A DNA stretch of 64,000 bases from a virus (Duplodnaviria; Heunggongvirae; Uroviricota; Caudoviricetes), in IMG/VR virus record IMGVR_UViG_2675903278_000002, one strand, 5' to 3'. The position numbers were made by a program, and so were the translations under genes. Under the pieces are notes generated by a model. That model made no database searches. It had not been told where the DNA came from and saw nothing but the letters and a program-made list of their open reading frames with translations. Each line of letters opens with the position of its first letter. Positions within the stretch are counted from its first letter, which is position 1. Shown piece after piece: positions 57,281-64,000 of the stretch.

Positions 57281-60200
57281 ATGGAACAGTTCAAGAAGAA
57301 AAAGCTACCGCTGTTTATTGCCGGTGCGGGTGGTAAAAAAAGCAGCAAAAGCTCCAGCCGTACACCGGTTGAAGCCGACGATACCGTAAATTCTCGTGCA
57401 ATGGCCGCTATCCTCGATCTTCTTGGGGAAGGGGTAATTGGCGGCTTAGTAAATGGCGCAAGATCTATTTTTATCGACGATCTGCCGATTGTAAATGAAG
57501 ACGGTTCCTCCAACTTCAGCGGAATCACATGGGATTTTCGCGACGGTTCACAAGACCAGACTCCAATGTCTGGCTTTGATTTCGTTGAAACGCCTAAATC
57601 CGTCAATATCCAGTTAAAAAAAACACATTATGTAACGGTTTCAATCGATAACGATGAAGCTGATCGGGTTCGTGTCATCATGAAGTTTCCTTCTTTGCGA
57701 AGCATAGATAAAAAAACTGGTGACACGAACGGTACGACTGTTGAGTACAAGTTCCAGATAGCAAATGGCGACTCAACATTTGTAGATGTGGTCGCTGAAG
57801 GTGAAAAAAGCGTTGGCATTAAGCTAACAGCAAAGAAGACCGGCGTTTATTACCGTAGCTATGAGCTGAAGCTGCCTAAGCCTGGACGAGCATACAAGGT
57901 TCGTGTGGTCCGTATTACCGATGATAACAGTAGCCAGTATCTCTATAACGATACATGGGTGGATTCAATCGGGGAAATTGTCGATACACCGATGAACTAT
58001 CCAAACTCTGTTTTGGTTGGATTGAAGGTAAACTCTGAGCAATTCGGCAGCACCATGCCATCTCGCTCTTATCTGGTGCGTGGCCTAAAAATTCGAGTAC
58101 CTTCAAACTATAACGAGTCCAGTAACACTTACGCTGGGGTATGGGATGGCACTTTTAAGCTGTTGTCTTCTTCGAACCCCGCGTGGATTCTCTTTGATTT
58201 GCTGACCAATGCTCGATATGGCCTTGGTCAGTATGTGTCGGAATCTATGATTGACCTTGGCCAGTTGTACCAGATTGGTCGATATTGTGACGAAGAGGTC
58301 GATGATGGCTTTGGTGGCAAAGAGAAACGCTTTGCAATCAATACGCAGATCACCAGTCGACAGGACGCATACCGGCTAATTCAGGATATTGCCGGAGCAT
58401 TCCGCGGCATGGTGTTTTGGGCTGGTGGGATGGTTAACATCATGCAGGATAGCCCATCAGATCCGGTAATGATGTTTACCAACTCTAACGTCAAAGATGG
58501 ATTGTTTACCTATAAAGGTTCTGCGCGTAAAGATCGCCCATCCGTTGCGCTCGTAACCTACAACAACAAGGAGGACGGTTATAAGCAAAACATCGAGTAC
58601 GTCGAAGATCAGGACGCAATGCGCCGTTATGGTGAGCGTAAAACAGAAGTCGTAGCATTTGGCTGTACAAGCCGAGGGCAGGCTCACCGAGTTGGTTTGT
58701 GGCTTTTATATACCGCCAGAATGGAGTCGGATGTAATTACATTTACTGCCGGCTTAGACGCGTCATTTCTGATGCCTGGTGAAACCGTTCTGATTCAGAA
58801 CAAATATCGCGCAGGCAAACGTAACTCAGGTCGAATTGTGGCGTTTACCAAAAACAGCGTCACACTCGATGCGCCTGTGTCGTTAGCCAAAGGCGGCTGC
58901 TTTATTCGAATACTGAATCAGGAAGGCAAAATCGTTGAACGCGATGTTCTTGAAACTGGCGAAAATATAACAAAAGTTACGTTTTCAAAAGCCCTGTCTT
59001 CGGCTGAAACGCCTGTTTTGAACGGCGTCTGGACTATTACAGAACCAGACCTCGAACCTATGCGCGTTCGCATCGTTAACATCGCGCAGGGGGAAACGCC
59101 GGGTAGCTTTGACATCACCGCTGTTGAGAACAATCCGTCTAAATATGAGGCAATCGACAATGGTGCAACGCTGATCCCGCAGAATACGACGGTATTGGAC
59201 CCAACTTACTCCAAGCCATCTAATTTGCAAATCACTGAAGGGACTTATCTCTCAAGCCCGGGCAACCTGTCAGTAAAACTGACTGCAACATGGGAAGGGA
59301 AATCTCCAGAGTATTGGATCAGTTGGCGACGTTCTGATGAAAACAATGTATCGAACTGGCAATCGGCGCGTGTAACCGAAGAGCAATACGAAATCGTTAA
59401 TGTCGCGGAGAATGGACGCTACGACTTCCAGCTGTATGCGGTTTCATTCAACGGTAAAAAAACAGAGATTATCAGTGCCGTTTATCAGGTGTTGGGCACA
59501 ATGACACCGCCGGATTCCCCAACGTCATTAACGGCCGTTGGAGACTATCGTAATGTGATACTGAATTGGGTTAATCCAGATTCGGTAGACCTTGATCACA
59601 TTAATGTTTACGCATCCCAGACCAACAATCTGGATACGGCGAAACTGATCGCAGAGTCTGCAAGCACCACCTTTACACATGCTGGTCTTGGGGATAGCGA
59701 AACGTGGTATTACTGGGTTCGAGCATCGAACAAGCGAGGTATGTTAAGTCCTCCGAACTCAAACTTGGGTACAGAGGCGACAACTCGCGATGTACTGTCG
59801 TTCCTGACTGGCAAAATTACATCTTCCGAGCTTGGTCAGGCTCTGCTTGAGGACATCAACAGCAAAGCCTCTCAAGAAGCAGTTGACGAGTTAAATGAGC
59901 ATATCAACCAGAGCGTCGAATCTTTGGAGGGGGCGGTAAACGACGTTAAGGAAGATATAGCTGAATTAGATCAGCAGTTCAGCGATAACCTCGCGGATTT
60001 TGAAATAAAATTCAACGAGCGTAGCGATGCTTTGGAGAACGCACAAACCGAGCTTAAAGGTGAGGTTTCGGCAACGATCGACAAGGTCAATGAAGCGTTT
60101 GAAAAAATTGATGCTACTGATGCTGCAATTGTTGAAATCGAAAACACCGTATCTGAACACGATAAAGCTCTCGCTAATACAGTCGAGGCAATAAAGGCTG

Positions 60201-62008
60201 CAAGAGATGAAGCGGCGGCTCTTATTGCTAAGGAAAGCGAGGCTCGTGTTGAAGGCGATGCTGCAAACGCTAAACAACTGGAAGTGTTGCAGTCAACGGT
60301 AGAGGAAAGCTCCGCTGCCGTTGAAGAAATGAAAAAGACGGTTGCAGAGGTCGATCGTGCCAGTGCAGAACTGACTACGAACATTGAGGCGTTAGCCAAA
60401 ACAAATATTGACCTGGCTCTTCGTCAAGATGAAGACCAGCACAAGCAGATGGTCAATAACGCGAAGATCGCAACAACACAGAAAACCTTTGCTGATGATA
60501 TGTCTGCAATGGCCACGAAGGTTGAGGAAATTCGCGTAGAAATTGGCGAAGACATTAAGGCCAGTATTCTGGAAGAGTCCACCGCTCGTGCCGATGGCGA
60601 TGAAGCGTTGGCAAAGCGTGTCACTCAGCTGCAATCTAAGTTTGAAGGAGATATCAGCGCGGCGATTAGTACAGAGCAGGAGGCTCGTACATCTGCCGAT
60701 GAAGCTCTGACGACACAGATCACTCAGCTTGAGTCGAAAGTAAGCAACGATATCGTCGCAGCTATTAAGGAAGAGCAAGAAGCCCGAGCAACGGAAGATT
60801 CGGCTCTGGCAAGCCAGATCACCCAACTTCAGGCAAAGGTTGATGATGATATTTCTGCTGCAATACGTAGTGAGCAGGAGGCCCGAGCAAGCGGGGACTC
60901 TGCGTTAGCCAAACAAATAAACCAGCTTCAGTCAAAGGTTGACGGTGATATATCCGCTGCCATCACTCAGGAGCAGGAGGCCAGAGCAAGTGCTGACCAG
61001 GCGCTCTCACGAGAAATTAACAGCCTGCGAGCACAAACCGGAACTGATATTGCCGCAGCGGTTGCTGTAGAGACAAAAGCAAGGACTGATGCCGATAGTG
61101 CATTGTCTACCCAGATTACGTCTCTTACAGCAAAAGCTAATGATCTCGAGGCGTCTCTTGCCAGAGAAACAACGGCTCGTGCAGATGGTGATACCGCTTT
61201 AACAAAAGAGGTTTCAAGTTTAAAAGCACAGACAGCGAAAGATATTAGTGCGGCCGTTGCAGTTGAAACGCAGGCTCGAACTGATGCTGACTCGGCGTTG
61301 TCGTCTCAGATCACCAAGCTGACCTCTCAATACAAAGAGGATATTAAAGCGGCTGTAGCAACCGAAACGAAAACGCGTACAGAGCAAGATGCTGCATTGG
61401 CGACTCAAATCACAAACTTAGAGTCTCAAACGGCAGCCAACATTTCCGCGGCGGTAACAACTGAAACGACAGCGAGAACGCAGGCAGATAATGCTCTGAG
61501 TGGGCGAATCGATACTCTGAAAGCAGAGGTGGATGGAAATACCGCGACAATTCAACAGCAGGCAACAGCTATTGCTGATACCAACAAAAAAGTATCAACC
61601 GCGTGGACGTTGAAAATGGAGACTTCAACGAGCGGAGGGCAGAAGTATGTTGCCGGTATTGCGCTTGGTATTGACACCACTGGGCTATCTCAGTTTTTGG
61701 TTCAGGCGGACAGGTTTGGTTTGGTCAACTCTGTTAACGGGAAGATCACAACGCCATTTGTTATCGAAAACAGTATCGCCTATATGAATGGAGCGTATAT
61801 CAAGGATGGCACAATCACCAATGCAAAAGTAGGCGATCTGCAATCTACCAATTTTGTTAGCGGTAGATCTGGATGGCGGTTCGGCAAAAATGGAACGCTT
61901 GAGATCAACGGTAATAGCGGCGGCAATGGGCGATTGGTTATAAATGGTCAGCGGATTGACGTTTATGACGATAACAACGTCCTACGAGTAAGAATTGGCC
62001 GTCTGTGA
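57281..62008 (+). CDS. central tail fibre / host specificity protein (lambda gpJ-like) with internal tandem-repeat array
   Basis: ~1575 aa; YPNSVLVGLKVNSEQFG, AFGCTSRGQAHRVGLWLLYT, GQKYVAGIALGI, GRLVINGQRIDVYDD follow lambda J order; ~0.55 kb-equivalent run of ~33-aa helical repeats inserted before the C-terminal domain. Confidence 0.9.
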   Translation: MEQFKKKKLPLFIAGAGGKKSSKSSSRTPVEADDTVNSRAMAAILDLLGEGVIGGLVNGARSIFIDDLPIVNEDGSSNFSGITWDFRDGSQDQTPMSGFDFVETPKSVNIQLKKTHYVTVSIDNDEADRVRVIMKFPSLRSIDKKTGDTNGTTVEYKFQIANGDSTFVDVVAEGEKSVGIKLTAKKTGVYYRSYELKLPKPGRAYKVRVVRITDDNSSQYLYNDTWVDSIGEIVDTPMNYPNSVLVGLKVNSEQFGSTMPSRSYLVRGLKIRVPSNYNESSNTYAGVWDGTFKLLSSSNPAWILFDLLTNARYGLGQYVSESMIDLGQLYQIGRYCDEEVDDGFGGKEKRFAINTQITSRQDAYRLIQDIAGAFRGMVFWAGGMVNIMQDSPSDPVMMFTNSNVKDGLFTYKGSARKDRPSVALVTYNNKEDGYKQNIEYVEDQDAMRRYGERKTEVVAFGCTSRGQAHRVGLWLLYTARMESDVITFTAGLDASFLMPGETVLIQNKYRAGKRNSGRIVAFTKNSVTLDAPVSLAKGGCFIRILNQEGKIVERDVLETGENITKVTFSKALSSAETPVLNGVWTITEPDLEPMRVRIVNIAQGETPGSFDITAVENNPSKYEAIDNGATLIPQNTTVLDPTYSKPSNLQITEGTYLSSPGNLSVKLTATWEGKSPEYWISWRRSDENNVSNWQSARVTEEQYEIVNVAENGRYDFQLYAVSFNGKKTEIISAVYQVLGTMTPPDSPTSLTAVGDYRNVILNWVNPDSVDLDHINVYASQTNNLDTAKLIAESASTTFTHAGLGDSETWYYWVRASNKRGMLSPPNSNLGTEATTRDVLSFLTGKITSSELGQALLEDINSKASQEAVDELNEHINQSVESLEGAVNDVKEDIAELDQQFSDNLADFEIKFNERSDALENAQTELKGEVSATIDKVNEAFEKIDATDAAIVEIENTVSEHDKALANTVEAIKAARDEAAALIAKESEARVEGDAANAKQLEVLQSTVEESSAAVEEMKKTVAEVDRASAELTTNIEALAKTNIDLALRQDEDQHKQMVNNAKIATTQKTFADDMSAMATKVEEIRVEIGEDIKASILEESTARADGDEALAKRVTQLQSKFEGDISAAISTEQEARTSADEALTTQITQLESKVSNDIVAAIKEEQEARATEDSALASQITQLQAKVDDDISAAIRSEQEARASGDSALAKQINQLQSKVDGDISAAITQEQEARASADQALSREINSLRAQTGTDIAAAVAVETKARTDADSALSTQITSLTAKANDLEASLARETTARADGDTALTKEVSSLKAQTAKDISAAVAVETQARTDADSALSSQITKLTSQYKEDIKAAVATETKTRTEQDAALATQITNLESQTAANISAAVTTETTARTQADNALSGRIDTLKAEVDGNTATIQQQATAIADTNKKVSTAWTLKMETSTSGGQKYVAGIALGIDTTGLSQFLVQADRFGLVNSVNGKITTPFVIENSIAYMNGAYIKDGTITNAKVGDLQSTNFVSGRSGWRFGKNGTLEINGNSGGNGRLVINGQRIDVYDDNNVLRVRIGRL
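60500..61600 (+). repeat. in-frame tandem repeat array (~99-nt period) inside the J-like gene
   Basis: At least ten consecutive units of pattern DIxAAIxxEQEARxxADxALxxQITQLxSKV; boundaries approximate. Confidence 0.75.
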
Positions 62009-62037
62009 TGGTGGAAAAAAAATTTTATATCGGTAAA

Positions 62038-62058
62038 AATAGGTAAGTATTTACTTAA
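62038..62058. repeat. class-B palindrome
   Basis: ATAGGTAAGTATTTACTTAAT between J-like gene and tail fibre gene; GGCGGG...CCCGCC hairpin follows. Confidence 0.55.
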
Positions 62059-62101
62059 TGGCGGGCAAGGATAACCCGCCAAATCAAGGAGCATATTCAA
62101 C

Positions 62102-64000
62102 ATGTGGTACAGGGAAGGTACTATCACATTTACACAGGGTAGCAATACTCTGGTTGGGGCAGGGACAGCCTGGAACGTAACAGCTAATGGTGTGTTGCCG
62201 GGGATGATCGTCATTGGCCCCGACAATAAGCTGTATGAGATCAAGCGCGTAATAAGCGATACGAATATTGTTCTCTCAGAACCTTATACCGGCGAAACTC
62301 AGTCTGAGGTTCCGTGCCGAATCATTACGACCTATGAAGGCGACTTAACACAGTTTAGCGCGCGCTTTACAGCACTAATGTCGCGTATGTCGGCTGATTC
62401 CAAGTCTATGCGCAGTTGGTTGACTGCTCTGGATGAGGTGACAATCGAGCGTGAAGACGGTACAGAAGTAACCGTTAAGCCGCTAATGCAGATCGTCAAC
62501 GAGCACAACGAAAACGTTGAGTGGTATAAAAATAACACTGACGCGATTGATGCTGCTGGCGACAAAGCTCGTGAGGCGGCGGCCAGTGCTGCCGCAGCAG
62601 CAGAAAGCGCCAATACCGCTGGAGAAAAAGCCTCTCAAGCGTCTCAAAGTGCATCCGCTGCGGCATCCTCACAAAGTGCCGCAAGTGCGAGTGCAACTGC
62701 TGCGAAAAAATCTGAAACGAATGCCGCAGCGTCACAACAATCAGCAGCCACTTCTGCATCCACCGCGACCACGAAAGCGTCAGAAGCTGCCACCTCAGCC
62801 CGGGATGCGGCGGCCTCAAAAGAGGCAGCGAAATCATCAGAAACGAACGCATCCTTGAGCGCCAGTAGCGCAGCTTCCTCGGCAACGGCGGCAGGAAATT
62901 CCGCGAAGGCGGCAAAAACGTCCGAGACGAACGCCAGGTCTTCTGAGACGGCAGCGGGACAGAGCGCCTCAGCTGCGGCAGGCTCAAAAACAGCGGCTGC
63001 GTCGTCTGCCAGTGCCGCGTCAACAAGTGCCGGGCAGGCCTCAGCCAGTGCCACCGCCGCCGGAAAATCGGCAGAAAGTGCCGCATCGTCTGCTTCAACA
63101 GCCACAACGAAGGCTGGCGAAGCCACTGAACAGGCCAGCGCAGCAGCGAGGTCTGCTTCCGCAGCGAAGACATCCGAAACGAACGCGAAAGCGTCGGAAA
63201 CCAGCGCAGAATCATCAAAAACGGCTGCCGCATCGTCCGCCAGTTCGGCGGCGTCATCGGCATCATCTGCGTCTGCTTCAAAAGATGAGGCGACCAGACA
63301 GGCGTCAGCAGCGAAGGGCAGTGCCACGACGGCATCCACGAAAGCAACAGAGGCGGCAGGCAGTGCGACGGCAGCATCTCAGAGCAAAACTACTGCTGAA
63401 TCCGCTGCGACCCGTGCGGAAGCTGCTGCTGATCGTGCTGAAGAGATTGCCGGTGCAGTTGCGATGGAAGACGCAAGCCTTACAACTAAAGGTGTTGTGA
63501 AACTTAGCAGTGCTGTTGATAGCACCAGTGAATCGCTGGCCGCAACGCCAAAAGCAGTTAAAGCAGCCAATGACAATGCGAATAGCAGGGTGCCATCTAA
63601 CCGAAAAGTTAACGGAAAAGCATTGACTGCGGATATAACATTAACGCCGAAAGATATTGGTACTTTAAATTCAGTAACGATGTCTTTCTCTGGCGGGGCT
63701 GGGTGGTTCAAACTGGCTACGGTTACCATGCCACAAGCGAGTTCCATCGTTTACATCGCATTGATTGGTGGCGCTGGTTACAACGTCGGTTCCCCACATC
63801 AGGCAGGCATTTCAGAACTGGTTCTACGAGCAGGCAATGGAAACCCCAAAGGAATTACCGGGGCTTTGTGGAAGCGTACAGCCGTCGGATTAACGAATTT
63901 CGCCTGGATCAACACATCCGGCGATACATATGATATTTACGTTGAGATTGGCAATTATGCGACGAGTGTAAATATCCATTGGGATTGTACTGCAAATGCG
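62102..64000 (+). CDS. side tail fibre protein, 3' end outside window
   Basis: ATG after AGGAG; frame open to window end so absent from track; Ala/Ser-rich repeats (SETNA...SASAA) then conserved fibre block KGVVKLSSAVDSTSESLAATPKAVKAAND; track ORFs here are other frames. Confidence 0.85.
   Translation, partial: MWYREGTITFTQGSNTLVGAGTAWNVTANGVLPGMIVIGPDNKLYEIKRVISDTNIVLSEPYTGETQSEVPCRIITTYEGDLTQFSARFTALMSRMSADSKSMRSWLTALDEVTIEREDGTEVTVKPLMQIVNEHNENVEWYKNNTDAIDAAGDKAREAAASAAAAAESANTAGEKASQASQSASAAASSQSAASASATAAKKSETNAAASQQSAATSASTATTKASEAATSARDAAASKEAAKSSETNASLSASSAASSATAAGNSAKAAKTSETNARSSETAAGQSASAAAGSKTAAASSASAASTSAGQASASATAAGKSAESAASSASTATTKAGEATEQASAAARSASAAKTSETNAKASETSAESSKTAAASSASSAASSASSASASKDEATRQASAAKGSATTASTKATEAAGSATAASQSKTTAESAATRAEAAADRAEEIAGAVAMEDASLTTKGVVKLSSAVDSTSESLAATPKAVKAANDNANSRVPSNRKVNGKALTADITLTPKDIGTLNSVTMSFSGGAGWFKLATVTMPQASSIVYIALIGGAGYNVGSPHQAGISELVLRAGNGNPKGITGALWKRTAVGLTNFAWINTSGDTYDIYVEIGNYATSVNIHWDCTANA

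Noticed and set aside
60500-61600. CRISPR array
   Set aside because: The regular repeats are in-frame ~99-nt coding repeats inside the J-like gene with variable sequence, not short identical repeats separated by unique spacers; no cas genes present.
62496-63500. Several ORFs in alternative frames and on the minus strand within the tail fibre gene
   Set aside because: Products of the Ala/Ser-rich repeat region read out of frame (Pro/Arg/Gln-rich or poly-Ala); only the frame from 62102 contains the conserved fibre block.
1-64000. Integrase, transposase, excisionase or repressor genes marking a lysogeny module or insertion sequence
   Set aside because: No product in the window shows recombinase or transposase motifs (no tyrosine-recombinase R..H..R..Y set, no DDE signature), so lifestyle and insertion mechanism cannot be assigned from this window.

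Overview
The window reads as one contiguous stretch of a large tailed dsDNA phage (or prophage) of an enterobacterial host, with a ~3.3 kb block of near-host-identical chromosomal genes (apbC/mrp and metG) embedded in the middle. All calls are from reading the sequence and the supplied ORF track; no database search was run and homology statements rest on recognisable motifs. Layout: (1) 1-19.8 kb, nucleotide-metabolism and DNA-modification module on the + strand: nrdA (5' truncated), nrdB, thymidylate synthase, DHFR, P-loop kinase, DnaQ-like exonuclease, Dam-like methyltransferase, RNase H, a TerB-like protein, a second large NPPY methyltransferase-like protein, plus hypotheticals. (2) 19.9-24.6 kb: lipoprotein, two small ORFs, a UmuD'-like protein behind a perfect LexA box, then apbC and metG. 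(3) 24.7-31.1 kb: array of small monocistronic units (palindromic promoter-like motif, gene, hairpin terminator) interrupted by a ~0.85 kb A+C-rich non-coding stretch and short iterated repeats. (4) 31.6-36.3 kb, minus strand: an AT-richer three-gene cassette, a secreted protein/lipoprotein cassette, and an SF2 helicase. (5) 36.3-39.5 kb: two ParB-like proteins, an ABC-type ATPase and a 296-aa protein just upstream of packaging genes. (6) 39.7-64 kb: terminase small and large subunits, portal, scaffold, capsid, Ig-like proteins, major tail protein, G/GT chaperone pair with a candidate -1 frameshift, tape measure, lambda-like M-L-K-I-J tail-tip genes (J carries a tandem ~33-aa repeat array) and a 3'-truncated side tail fibre. 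Two palindromic motif families and a family of related terminator hairpins recur throughout. No integrase, transposase, CRISPR array, tRNA or rRNA was recognised. The most likely homes for an undescribed system are the small-gene array, the AT-rich minus-strand cassette and the ParB/ATPase cluster.
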